Of a stretch of 64,000 bases of DNA, positions 29,133-38,922 are shown piece by piece. How positions within the stretch are numbered: the first letter of the stretch is position 1; the number at the start of each line of letters is the position of its first letter. Origin of the DNA: Ostreococcus lucimarinus (taxonomy: Eukaryota); NCBI GenBank assembly GCA_000092065.1, contig CP000584.1; one strand, 5' to 3'. Position numbers and translations under genes: made by a program. Under the pieces are notes generated by a model. It saw only the letters and a program-made list of their open reading frames with translations. It ran no database searches and was not told the origin of the DNA.

Positions 29133-32100
29133 TCAGCTCGGAGTCGTCATGCACGTCGCGAGCTTCGTCGCGAGCGCGGCGACTTCGGGATCGACGGCGA
29201 TGCGCGCGGCGGTTTCGAGACCTTGACGCAAAGCCTCGAGGTGCGGCTCGATGGCTTTCAAAACGTCCTCGTCAGCCGCCAGCAAGGCGGTGGCGACTTT
29301 GGTGGCGCCCATTCGTGGGCCATCACCCGCGGCGTGGTCCCGAAGGATGTTTGTAACCGTTCGCACGAGCGTTACTGCGTGTGTTTCGTCCACGTCGCGC
29401 TCGGCGCCGTGGAAAATCATCATCAGCGCTTGGAGCGCCGCCGCGCGCACTTCTGGCTCGCCGCGGTGCTCGACGCAGGCGATGAGTGGAGGAAAACATT
29501 CGTCCATGAGCGAAGCCTTCTCGATCGACGGACGCCGCGCCGCAGCGATAATGACATTCATCATCGCGAGCCGCAACGACAAATCCTTCGTCAGCGCGTC
29601 GTCGACCCACTTTGGAACGCCTTCCTTTGTGTGGCACGCCAAATGCAACACGCCGCGAAGCGTCTCTCGCGCGCAATCAACGCGCTCGCGCGTGACGTCT
29701 TCATCACCATCCAACTCCACGATGAGCGCCCGACCTGAAGATGCTTTGCTTTCGTTCAGCGCGAGCAGAGGCGGTTTCGTATCGAGAAGCGCGCTCGACG
29801 TCTTCTTCTTCGCCGATTGATGAGGACTTTCCTTGCGTGCCTCGATCTCGGCGACGATGAGAGATGCCAGCGTTTCCATGGCGCCCATGTGTGCCTTGCT
29901 GAGCTCGACGTCGTCCTGTGCGTTATCGACCCACGTCAAAATGTCCATCGATAGACTCCTGACTTCGCGCCGCGAGCGTTCCGACAGTGCCGATTCTCCA
30001 CGAAGAGCGAGGGCGGAGTTGCACGAGAACATGCACGAGCGAACGCGGGCGAGATCATCGCTCACGCTTCGTGCTGTCTCTCTCAGGCGTCGCAAGTCCT
30101 CAAACAATTCTTCGTCCAAAATATTTTGCGGTAATCGTCCGAACATCTCCGAGCACACGCGGCGCACGTCTTCAAACTCACCGCGGATGTTCAACATTCG
30201 CCGTCGCATGCACTTTCGAATCGCGTCTTTGTTCTCGCTGGATTCATCCCACACCGCGACTGGAAGCACGCGCAAGAGTAAAAGTGGTGCTAAACGGTCG
30301 AAAACTTCACGCTCGTTTACGCCTTTATCGATGCTCTGCGTTGATAATTGTCGCGCGCACGCCTCGACAACGTAATCGCTCGCCGGCGGCTTTCCGATCC
30401 AGGGCGTCAGCGCCGCGACAGCCTGATGCAACGCGGACGAAGAGGGTGATCGAAAAATAGACGATGTCAACGTCTGAACGACACTTTTCCACTCATTCGC
30501 GCGCACGGTTTCAGCGAAACGTGATAGTAGCTTGACTGCGCGAGAGATTTTCTCCCCGAACGTCGCGACGTCGCTGGACATCGCCGGCGCGAGCAGAGTG
30601 GCAAAGTACGTATCAAGCGCCGCCGCGGGAGACGGTTGCTGTTGCAGCGTCGCCACGACGGCATCACCAGCTGCTGAACGCTCTTCCGAATCTTTTGACA
30701 GCAAAAGATCAACGAGCACTGGGAACACGTTCGACGGCGTCGCGTGCGCAAACACCTCGGCCGCCGCCTTGCGCGATTCCAAATCTCTGTCGCCCAACCT
30801 TGGAAGTATCGCGCGTGTCACCGTCGCGAGCGTCTCTGAGCTCAAATTCGACCCTTTCTGTCGCATGATTTCCATGAGCACGCGCAACGCGCTCACCTTC
30901 GCACTTCTCGAGCTCCCACCGCAAATCTGCAATATTCGCGTCAAGGATTCGTCGCGCGGATCTCTCGCGACTAAATCCGCGATGAGTCTCGCAAAGCCGG
31001 CGGAAATCACGTCGTCACCTTCTTCGACGAGTGGGAGCACTCCACCGAGAAGAGATTCGCTTTGTTCCGTCCATCCTAAGTGCTCGGGCGCGAGTACAAT
31101 GCGTATCAATACAGCCGCCACGCTTTGCGCGGTTTCGTTCGAGCAGCGAAGCGCCGGGAGCAGCGCAGATCCGGCGTACGTTTGCAACATCGAATCCAAT
31201 GTCGCAGCCGTCTCTTCGCTCACCATCGAAGATAAAACCTGACGATTTTCGTGATCGATGCCTATTCTCCCGAGGTGCAAACCCACCGTGATGAGTGCGT
31301 GCGCGACGCCGTCGCCCGCGCCCGCGTCGTCTGAATTCACCATCTCGCTCGCCGCGCCGAACGCCGATTCCAACGCCGTCACCATATCCCCATCCGAATT
31401 TTTAGACCTCACCGAGAGCGCAGGCACCCAATCACTCCACGCTCGATTAAACAAGCGCGATTTCACGCGCAACGCGCGCGCCGCCGCATCGTCGCCGCCC
31501 TCTACGTCGCGCGCGCTCGCCGCGAGCGACGCCAACCGCGCACGCGCCCTGTCGCAACACTCCCTAAACAATCCCGACGACCCGCGTTCGTCGACTCGCG
31601 CCCACGAGGACACGACACCGATTATTTCGTCGCACACCTCGAACGAATCCATCAACGTGCGCTCACCGCCGCTCGCACTTGCGTCCGAATCGTTCGCCGC
31701 CGCCGCTCGCGTACTCACCGCCGCGAACGCGTCCGCCGCGGCCGCGCTCAACCGCGTCGGTGACCCCGCCGCGCCCTCCCTCGCGATCGCCGCGAGCGAA
31801 ACTAAAACCCCTTTAACGTCAAACACGTCTTCCGCGCGCACGCCATCGCCGCGCGCGATCGCGCTCGTCCCCGCGCACGCCGCCAACGCCGCGCGCTTGT
31901 CCCGCGACGCGTCCAACTTCTTCATCACCGCCTCCCCCAGCGCGCGCGCGCTCGACCGCTCGCGCGCGAGCACGACCAAAACCGTTCGCGCGCCTCGCGA
32001 CGCGCTCGCGCGCTCGAGCGATGCGTCCACGACGGCGTCGACGTCGTCTCGAGCGTGCGCGCGCAGAAGATTCAATGCGCGCGCGACATCGCTCGTCGTC

Positions 32101-32270
32101 TCGTCGTCGAGAGACGACGACGCGCGCTTGAGCGACTTCGAATCGGCGTCGAAGACGACGCGAAGCGCGCTCGCGAGCGACGGCGTCGACGACGCCATCG
32201 CGCGCGCGTCTGACACCGCGGTTTGCGTCTGGTTCGACAGCGCGAAGCGACGCGCAAAGTTAACAATCAT
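29133..32270 (-). CDS. HEAT/ARM-repeat protein (about 1020-1045 aa), function unknown
   Basis: Long ORF of helical Leu/Ala-rich repeats (LLSKDSEERSAAGDAVVATLQQ, ILPRLGDRDLESRKAAAEVFAHA, etc.). Two candidate ATGs: 32270 (MIVNF...) and 32198 (MASSTPSLAS...). No catalytic motif was recognised. Confidence 0.55.
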   Translation of the reverse strand: MIVNFARRFALSNQTQTAVSDARAMASSTPSLASALRVVFDADSKSLKRASSSLDDETTSDVARALNLLRAHARDDVDAVVDASLERASASRGARTVLVVLARERSSARALGEAVMKKLDASRDKRAALAACAGTSAIARGDGVRAEDVFDVKGVLVSLAAIAREGAAGSPTRLSAAAADAFAAVSTRAAAANDSDASASGGERTLMDSFEVCDEIIGVVSSWARVDERGSSGLFRECCDRARARLASLAASARDVEGGDDAAARALRVKSRLFNRAWSDWVPALSVRSKNSDGDMVTALESAFGAASEMVNSDDAGAGDGVAHALITVGLHLGRIGIDHENRQVLSSMVSEETAATLDSMLQTYAGSALLPALRCSNETAQSVAAVLIRIVLAPEHLGWTEQSESLLGGVLPLVEEGDDVISAGFARLIADLVARDPRDESLTRILQICGGSSRSAKVSALRVLMEIMRQKGSNLSSETLATVTRAILPRLGDRDLESRKAAAEVFAHATPSNVFPVLVDLLLSKDSEERSAAGDAVVATLQQQPSPAAALDTYFATLLAPAMSSDVATFGEKISRAVKLLSRFAETVRANEWKSVVQTLTSSIFRSPSSSALHQAVAALTPWIGKPPASDYVVEACARQLSTQSIDKGVNEREVFDRLAPLLLLRVLPVAVWDESSENKDAIRKCMRRRMLNIRGEFEDVRRVCSEMFGRLPQNILDEELFEDLRRLRETARSVSDDLARVRSCMFSCNSALALRGESALSERSRREVRSLSMDILTWVDNAQDDVELSKAHMGAMETLASLIVAEIEARKESPHQSAKKKTSSALLDTKPPLLALNESKASSGRALIVELDGDEDVTRERVDCARETLRGVLHLACHTKEGVPKWVDDALTKDLSLRLAMMNVIIAAARRPSIEKASLMDECFPPLIACVEHRGEPEVRAAALQALMMIFHGAERDVDETHAVTLVRTVTNILRDHAAGDGPRMGATKVATALLAADEDVLKAIEPHLEALRQGLETAARIAVDPEVAALATKLATCMTTPS

Positions 32271-32373
32271 TTGGCTTCAATCAATCGGTCTAAGGCGCGG
32301 CGCTCGCCGCGCGCTCTATAATTTCGTGCTACTTATGCTACTGTGCTACGTCCCGCTCCTCCTCGTCGAGGTT

Positions 32374-33417
32374 CTACTGATTTGGTCGCCACTTGGGCGT
32401 CTGCGGCGATTTCTGCAACACGCCGGATTCGCGGAAAGTCACGCTCACGCGTCTGTTTCCGTGTAAATTCTCGTTTGCGATGGAGTGCATGTAATCATAT
32501 CGCGTGCTACCGCTCTGAATCTGTAAGCTTCGTCGCGGCAACCGCACGTCGACGCGCTTGCTCGCAAACTTTTCGTGAGAATACGTCATCGTACAATCGC
32601 TGCAAAGCGACAGGTTAACGAGGATGTCACTCGAGAGCTGACGATCGTCACAGTGCGGAGTCAGCACCGAACCCAAGTCCTTGCGATAGTTGATCGCGTT
32701 GCACTCGTTCGGAGTGAAATGCTTCAACGTCTCGTGCGCCGCGGCGAATTTTGCGACGACGAGGTCTCGTAAAATCTTCGGCATCGGCACTCGCGCGGGC
32801 TCGACGCAGCGTTTCAATAGATTCGGCTCGACGCCGTACTTCTTCCCCTGATGCGCACCATTAAAACTCGAATCTCTCCACGGACCCGCGGCGATGTCGT
32901 CGTCCAGCCAGTCCACTATCCGTCGCTCCTCGTCCTCCGTGATGAAATTTTCCAAGATATAGTGCCCGGGGAGTTTCACCTTTGCCTGCAATTTCGCCCC
33001 GCGCGCGAGCGCCGCGAACGCATCCGACCTCGCGCCGTCGCTCCTCGCGCCGCATTCGCCCGCGCGCGCGATCCATCCGCCCTCCAAGTCATCTTTCGCC
33101 ACGAACCCCGTCGTCGTTCGTCCCGTGTGCGCGCGCCGTCCTCTGTAATCCTCTCGCACGTCCCTCCGCTTCTCGCTCGACGGCATCTTCCCCGCCTCGT
33201 CGCGCAGGCGCGGACGCTTTCCGTCGCACGCGCTCGCGTGCGCCTCGATCACCGCGCTCGACACGTGCCGCGAGCACATCGGGCACGGCACGAGCGTCGA
33301 CGGTTTTCGCGCCGATGCCGACGGCTTTCGAACGCCACCGCGCGTCGTCGTCGTCGTCGTCGACTTGGCGCGTCGCATGAGCGCTTGAAACGCATCGCGC
33401 GCGTCGTCGCGCGTCAT
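32374..33417 (-). CDS. AlkB-family 2OG-Fe(II) dioxygenase with an N-terminal UBZ4-type (Rad18-like) zinc finger
   Basis: ATG at 33417 (MTRDDARDAFQALMRR). UBZ4 pattern C-x2-C-x11-H-x3-C in LVPCPMCSRHVSSAVIEAHASACDG. AlkB core: GHYILENFITEDEERRIVDWLDDD, HxD in VLTPHCDDRQLSSDILVNLSL, second His in TRYDYMHSI, and RVSVTFRE (R-x5-R-like). Confidence 0.7.
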   Translation of the reverse strand: MTRDDARDAFQALMRRAKSTTTTTTRGGVRKPSASARKPSTLVPCPMCSRHVSSAVIEAHASACDGKRPRLRDEAGKMPSSEKRRDVREDYRGRRAHTGRTTTGFVAKDDLEGGWIARAGECGARSDGARSDAFAALARGAKLQAKVKLPGHYILENFITEDEERRIVDWLDDDIAAGPWRDSSFNGAHQGKKYGVEPNLLKRCVEPARVPMPKILRDLVVAKFAAAHETLKHFTPNECNAINYRKDLGSVLTPHCDDRQLSSDILVNLSLCSDCTMTYSHEKFASKRVDVRLPRRSLQIQSGSTRYDYMHSIANENLHGNRRVSVTFRESGVLQKSPQTPKWRPNQ

Positions 33418-33720
33418 CGTCCCGCGCGCGTCGCGCGCTGCCGCGCGTCGTCCGTCGTCCGTCGTCGTTGAGGGGGTCGCGATGAGTCCTCACTCAAGAA
33501 TGGATCTTCGAAGGTCCGTGTGTTACGTTGAAATGTTGAACCGTTACCGCGGGGTCGCGCTCGATCGCGCGCGCGCGCACACGACGACGCGCGCGCACGC
33601 CCGCGCACGCCCGCGAACGCACGAAGCGATCGCGCGCGCGACGATACGCGCGATCGAACGCGAACCGCGCGCGAACGCGACGGAACCGCGCGACGAACGG
33701 GCGCATTCGCGTCGAGCATT

Positions 33721-36714
33721 ATGATGATCTCTGGCGCGTCGGCGACGCTGCGACGCGACGCGACGGCGCGATGCGCGGGCGGGAGGACGACGCGCGCGCG
33801 CGCGACGATGAAACGCGCGATGGTGCGTCGGCGCGCGGTGTCGTCGACGGGAAACGCGGAGAAGGATGCGCGATCGGCGGTGTCGATCGAGATCGATACG
33901 ACGACGGAGGCGGATTACACGGTGATCCACATTCGAGACGCGCCGAATAAGCCCGGGACGCTGCGAGTGATCACCACGGCGCTGGCGGACTTGGGGTTGA
34001 ATATCGATAAGGCGATCGTGGACGCGGCGAACGACGATCGGGTGAGCGATTGCTTTCACGTGACGGATACGAGCGGGGCGAAGGTGACGGACGCGGAGGA
34101 CGTGGAGAACATTCGGACGTGCTTGGCGATGATTTTGAAGACACACTTCCAGAGCGGGAGCGATGTGGCGCGACACGATGGGGATGAACGTCGGAGCTCG
34201 GCGCCGCAAGGTACGGATGAGCGAAGACAGCACGACTTGTTGTATTCGCTCATGGACAGGTATCTGCGAAACGACGTGATGAGCGTGCAGGAGTCAATCG
34301 TGAATCACGTCGAGTACACGATGGCGAGAAATAGGTACCAGTTTGATGACTTTGAGGCGTACAACGCGGCCGCATTTTCGGTTCGCGATCGTCTCATCGA
34401 AAGCTGGAACGACACGCAGCAATACTTTCGAGAAAAGAGCCCGAAGCGCGTGTACTACATGTCGATGGAGTTTTTGATGGGTCGCTCGTTGTTGAACTCG
34501 CTGTACAACTTGGACATCAAGCCGCAGTACACCGAAGCGTTGCGTCAGCTTGGATACGAGTTAGAAACGCTCGTAGATAAGGAACGCGACGCCGCGCTCG
34601 GGAACGGTGGTTTAGGTCGCTTGGCTTCTTGCTTTTTGGACTCGATGGCGACTCAGGATCTTCCGGCGTGGGGGTACGGCATTCGATACCAGTATGGTAT
34701 GTTCCGTCAAACCGTGAACGATGGCTTCCAGCACGAGCACCCCGATTACTGGCTGAACTTTGGTAATCCTTGGGAAATCGAGCGTCCATACATCAGCTAT
34801 CCCATCAAGTTTTACGGCGGCGTAGAGAAACAAATCATCGACGGCCACGAAGTCAACAAGTGGGTGGGTGGCGAAGATATCAGCGCCGTAGCGTACGACA
34901 ACCCGATTCCGGGCTGGAACACGCCAACGACGATCAACCTCCGATTGTGGAGCGCGAAACCATCGCGGGAGTTTGACTTGGAGTCGTTTAACACCGGGGA
35001 TTACGTGCAAGCGATTTTGGCAAAGCAGCGCGCTGAAACGATTTCATCCGTGCTCTACCCGGACGATCGTACGTACCAAGGCAAAGAGCTTCGCTTGAAA
35101 CAGCAATACTTCATGGTGTCTGCCACCATCCAGGACATTATTCGCCGCTACTTGGTGAATCACGACTCGTTTGACGAGTTCCCGAACCAAGTCGCGGTGC
35201 AGCTGAACGATACGCATCCTTCTCTCGCCATCCCGGAGTTGTTGCGCCTGCTCATCGATGAGCATGGGCTTTCGGACACGAAGGCTTGGGAAATCACTTC
35301 GAAGGTCTTCAGTTTCACCAACCACACCGTGCTCGTGGATGCGCTCGAGAAATGGCCGGTCGATTTGCTCGAAAAGGTGCTCCCGCGCCACATGCAAATC
35401 ATTTACGAAATCAACTGGAAATTCATCAGCGATCTCAGCCAGAAGCGCGGCGAAGACTTTGCGCTCTTTGGTCGTACGAGCATCATCGAAGAAACTACGG
35501 AAGGAAAACTCGTGCGCATGGCGCACCTCGCCATGGTCGGCTGTCACACCGTGAATGGCGTGGCCGAGGTCCACAGCGAACTTCTCAAGACGCGCATGTT
35601 TCCAGACTTTTACGAGTTGGCGCCGGAGAAGTTTCAAAATAAGACAAACGGCGTCACCCAACGCCGCTGGCTCGCCTTCAGTAATCCGGCCCTCCGTGAT
35701 TTGATCTCCAGCAAACTTGGCGGCGACTCTTGGATTCGCGAATTGGACATGCTCCATGATTTGGACAAGTACGCTGAAGACCCCGAGTTCCAAGCGCAGT
35801 GGCGCGCCATCAAGCTCGAGAATAAGAAGAAGTTAACGAAATTGATCGAGGAAAAGACGGGGACAGTGGTGAGCCCAAACGCTTTGTTTGACATTCAAGT
35901 CAAGCGCATCCATGAGTACAAGCGTCAGTTGCTCAACGTATTCTCTGTGATTCACCGGTACAATAAGATCAAGGCGGCGACGCCGGAGGAGCGCAAAGAA
36001 ATGGTACCGCGCGTCGTCGTCATCGGCGGCAAGGCTGCGCCGGGTTACGACATGGCCAAGCGCATCATCAAGCTCGTCTGCGCGGTGGGGGAGAAGGTGA
36101 ACAACGACCCTGACGTGGGTGACTTGCTTAAGCTCGTTTTCATCCCCGACTACAACGTCAGTAGCGCCGAAGTCATCGTACCCGCTGCGGAGCTGTCCCA
36201 GCACATCTCCACCGCCGGCACGGAGGCGTCGGGAACGTCCAACATGAAGTTTGCCATGAACGGTTGCTTGATCATCGGCACCATGGACGGTTCCAACGTC
36301 GAAATCGCAGAAGAGATCGGCAAACGTAACATGTTCATCTTCGGTGCGAACTCGGCAGATGTCCCAATCTTGCGCTCGGAGCGCGCGCGCTTCAAGCCGC
36401 CGCCCGAATTCGACGGCATAGTCGAACAGATTCGCGGCGGCGCCTTTGATTGGGCAGACTTCCTCAATCCGGTGTGCGACGCCGTGCACGGTGGTGCCGA
36501 TTACTACTTGCTCGCAAACGACTTCGAGGATTACATCCGCGCCCAAGACCTCGTCGATGAAACATACAAGGATCAGGCCAAGTGGACCACGATGAGCATC
36601 AAATCCACCGCCGGTTCCGGCAAGTTTAGCAGCGACAGAACGATTCGCGAGTACGCTAAGGATATCTGGGGCATCGAACCGTGCCGCCGTCCGGAACCTG
36701 GAAATCCGCGATAA
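33721..36714 (+). CDS. Alpha-1,4-glucan (glycogen/starch) phosphorylase, GT35, with an N-terminal ACT domain
   Basis: ATG at 33721. Residues about 66-135 (YTVIHIRDAPNKPGTLRVITTALADLGLNIDKAIVDAANDDRVSDCFHVTDTSGAKVTD) fit the ACT fold. The canonical phosphorylase follows: FSVRDRLIESWNDTQQYF, YYMSMEFLMGR, EAALGNGGLGRLASCFLDS, TNHTVLVDALEKWP, PLP site region GTEASGTSNMKFAMNGCLIIGTMDGSNVEI. Confidence 0.9.
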   Translation: MMISGASATLRRDATARCAGGRTTRARATMKRAMVRRRAVSSTGNAEKDARSAVSIEIDTTTEADYTVIHIRDAPNKPGTLRVITTALADLGLNIDKAIVDAANDDRVSDCFHVTDTSGAKVTDAEDVENIRTCLAMILKTHFQSGSDVARHDGDERRSSAPQGTDERRQHDLLYSLMDRYLRNDVMSVQESIVNHVEYTMARNRYQFDDFEAYNAAAFSVRDRLIESWNDTQQYFREKSPKRVYYMSMEFLMGRSLLNSLYNLDIKPQYTEALRQLGYELETLVDKERDAALGNGGLGRLASCFLDSMATQDLPAWGYGIRYQYGMFRQTVNDGFQHEHPDYWLNFGNPWEIERPYISYPIKFYGGVEKQIIDGHEVNKWVGGEDISAVAYDNPIPGWNTPTTINLRLWSAKPSREFDLESFNTGDYVQAILAKQRAETISSVLYPDDRTYQGKELRLKQQYFMVSATIQDIIRRYLVNHDSFDEFPNQVAVQLNDTHPSLAIPELLRLLIDEHGLSDTKAWEITSKVFSFTNHTVLVDALEKWPVDLLEKVLPRHMQIIYEINWKFISDLSQKRGEDFALFGRTSIIEETTEGKLVRMAHLAMVGCHTVNGVAEVHSELLKTRMFPDFYELAPEKFQNKTNGVTQRRWLAFSNPALRDLISSKLGGDSWIRELDMLHDLDKYAEDPEFQAQWRAIKLENKKKLTKLIEEKTGTVVSPNALFDIQVKRIHEYKRQLLNVFSVIHRYNKIKAATPEERKEMVPRVVVIGGKAAPGYDMAKRIIKLVCAVGEKVNNDPDVGDLLKLVFIPDYNVSSAEVIVPAAELSQHISTAGTEASGTSNMKFAMNGCLIIGTMDGSNVEIAEEIGKRNMFIFGANSADVPILRSERARFKPPPEFDGIVEQIRGGAFDWADFLNPVCDAVHGGADYYLLANDFEDYIRAQDLVDETYKDQAKWTTMSIKSTAGSGKFSSDRTIREYAKDIWGIEPCRRPEPGNPR

Positions 36715-36757
36715 CCTTCTTCCCACGTTTTCACTATTGCTGTATCAGTAACTACCG

Positions 36758-36762
36758 CTGTA
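36758..36762 (+). terminator. TGTAA poly(A)-signal candidate about 44 nt after the phosphorylase stop codon
   Basis: ccgcTGTAAttcc. Confidence 0.35.
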
Positions 36763-36893
36763 ATTCCATCTACACGCATCGTCCGTGCGCGCCGACCCCT
36801 CGCGTCCCGGTCAACTGTTTACTTTCAAAACGTCATCGTCGTCATCACCGGTCACCCTCAAACCTCGGCGTCGCGCGCTCGCGCGCCCCGGTC

Positions 36894-38846
36894 ATGATTC
36901 CAGACCTCTTACTCGCCCTCATGGGCGTCCCCGGCGACGTGTTCGAGCTCGATCCGACGTCGAACGACGCCGTCGTCGACCGACTCAGAGTCGCCGATGG
37001 CTTGCACTTTATAAAACGACACGAAGTCGAACGACTGAACGCCCTCGTGCGCGTCGGCGGCGCGTACCGAACGCTCGAACGCGTGACGACGATCGAAAGC
37101 ACGAAAGCGTCGTTCGCGACGACGCCGCAGTCGCTGTACCGACGAGCGCTCGCGATCGGAATTCAAGAAAGATTGCGCGAGTACGAGGAGGAAATTTTAA
37201 AACTGGAACAAGAGACGCTGCGACGAGGAACGACGAGCGGAGCGGTGAATGCGATCGAAAGCGCGCTGAGCGATGATGGTGCGGTGTTGACGATGATGTG
37301 CGAACGCTTTGTCTCGGTGTTTGAAGGGGAGAATGCGCTGAGGGGGGGAGATGTGATTCGACAAACGCGCGACGCGTGGCTTCGAGCGGGACATCCCGCG
37401 GCGCGCGAGGCGTGCGGGAGATTGTATTGGAAGGTGATGCAGGTGATGATGCAGCAATTGTTAGGGTGGTGTGCGCACGGGACGATCGTGGATCCGTACG
37501 ATGAGTTTTTCGTGCGGACGATCGCGCGGAAAGAGGGGTACGAGGTGAAGGATGACGCGAAGGATGACGGGAGCGTGATTTGGCACGAGAGCCATCGCGT
37601 GGCATTGGAACGTTTGCCGCCGGGGGTGGAGCTGTCCACGGCAGAGTCGGTGTCGTTCATCGGACGTGGCGTGCGTATACTGACACATCCGACGAGAGGT
37701 GGGAATATGCGTGGTCATTTCGATGCGGATGGGTACGCCATGCGCGCGACGTCGCGCATTCGGCGTCTCGCCGCGGCGGAGTCATTCGATCCTCGCGACT
37801 TTGAAGCGGAGGTGGAGGCTATGCGCTCGGAGATCGCGGCATCGTTGGGTGAGGTGTTGTTGAACGATTCTGGCTTGATATCGCACTTGAACGCGATGTG
37901 TGGGTTCTACTTTCTCGGAAAGGGTGACTTTTATACCACGTTTTTGGACGAGGCGCGCGAGCTCTTCTCGTTGCCACCCAAACCGGGAAGCGCGACGCGC
38001 GAGCTGTCCACGCCGTTCGCGCAAGCCGCCGTGAGTACGATCGTCGACGAAGCATTAGCATCAAGGTTTAGATTAGCGTACACGTCTGCGTTGACGCAGC
38101 AGTCTGAAGATGAAAAATCTTCGACAACCGCGACGCCGTCTAGCGCGTTTGTGCCTCGCGTGCGTATTCCCGAGTATGACGCTTGGGACGGCGTTAGCCT
38201 CGAGTGTGAGGTTCACTGGCCCATGGGTATTTTTCTCACAAACGACACCCTGGATAGATACAAGACGATATTTAAGTACCTCTTCCGGCTCAGGCGCGTG
38301 CACTTTGATCTTCAAGATGCGTGGATTCATTTACGTCGAAGCGGTTTGACGCGGACGCTTCGACTTCGTCACGTGATGGATCAGTTGATTGAAAACTGGC
38401 GCACGTATATTCAAGTCGATGTCATCGAAACGGAGTTCAAGAAAATGCTCGATAAGATTGCTGAAACGACGGATTTTAACAAGTGTGCGCTCGCACACCG
38501 GCAATATCTCGCCGCCATCATGGCGCACTCATTTCTCGACGTCGGTTCAATCATGACAATTTTCGAAGACATTTTCGGGCTCGCGCGAGAGCTGTGCGAG
38601 ACGAGCGCGCGATACGCCAACGGACAACCGCTACCTGCAGATTGGGACGAGCGCATCGCGTATCTGACTCGGCAGTTTGAAAAGAACTCTGTTGAACTTT
38701 ACGACAACTTGCGCGGCGGTTACGTCGTAGAACTGCCCGAATTGCGAGCGTTGTTGATGCGATTCAATTTCAACGAATTCTTCGAGAACACGACGTCGAT
38801 GGGGGTGAACTTGACCGCGATGAAGTTCGATAACCTAGATATGTAA
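36894..38846 (+). CDS. GCP4: Gamma-tubulin complex component 4 (GCP4/Spc97-Spc98 family)
   Basis: ATG at 36894. MIPDLLLALMGVPGDVFELD matches human GCP4 MIHELLLALSGYPGSIF. Family core: LISHLNAMCGFYFLGKGDFYTTFLDEA and KTIFKYLFRLRRVHFDLQDAWIHL. The 650-aa length fits GCP4. The TAA stop is embedded in a TGTAA signal at 38842-38846. Confidence 0.85.
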   Translation: MIPDLLLALMGVPGDVFELDPTSNDAVVDRLRVADGLHFIKRHEVERLNALVRVGGAYRTLERVTTIESTKASFATTPQSLYRRALAIGIQERLREYEEEILKLEQETLRRGTTSGAVNAIESALSDDGAVLTMMCERFVSVFEGENALRGGDVIRQTRDAWLRAGHPAAREACGRLYWKVMQVMMQQLLGWCAHGTIVDPYDEFFVRTIARKEGYEVKDDAKDDGSVIWHESHRVALERLPPGVELSTAESVSFIGRGVRILTHPTRGGNMRGHFDADGYAMRATSRIRRLAAAESFDPRDFEAEVEAMRSEIAASLGEVLLNDSGLISHLNAMCGFYFLGKGDFYTTFLDEARELFSLPPKPGSATRELSTPFAQAAVSTIVDEALASRFRLAYTSALTQQSEDEKSSTTATPSSAFVPRVRIPEYDAWDGVSLECEVHWPMGIFLTNDTLDRYKTIFKYLFRLRRVHFDLQDAWIHLRRSGLTRTLRLRHVMDQLIENWRTYIQVDVIETEFKKMLDKIAETTDFNKCALAHRQYLAAIMAHSFLDVGSIMTIFEDIFGLARELCETSARYANGQPLPADWDERIAYLTRQFEKNSVELYDNLRGGYVVELPELRALLMRFNFNEFFENTTSMGVNLTAMKFDNLDM

Positions 38847-38850
38847 AATA

Positions 38851-38922
38851 GAATGAGTGTTCATTACAACCCACTATGAAGAAATTGAATGAGTGTTCGT
38901 TACAACCCACTATGAAGAAATT
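38851..38922. repeat. Perfect-but-one 36-bp tandem duplication (2 copies) covering the last 7 codons, the stop and the TGTAA signal of the minus-strand M20 peptidase gene
   Basis: gaatgagtgttcattacaacccactatgaagaaatt / gaatgagtgttcgttacaacccactatgaagaaatt. Copy 2 (38887-38922) contains the real stop at 38900-38902. Copy 1 lies downstream in the 3' UTR between the convergent GCP4 and M20 genes. Confidence 0.8.

Noticed and set aside
31258-32466. ORF 31258..32466 + (402 aa)
   Set aside because: Antisense to the HEAT-repeat gene. Ser/Ala-rich low complexity.
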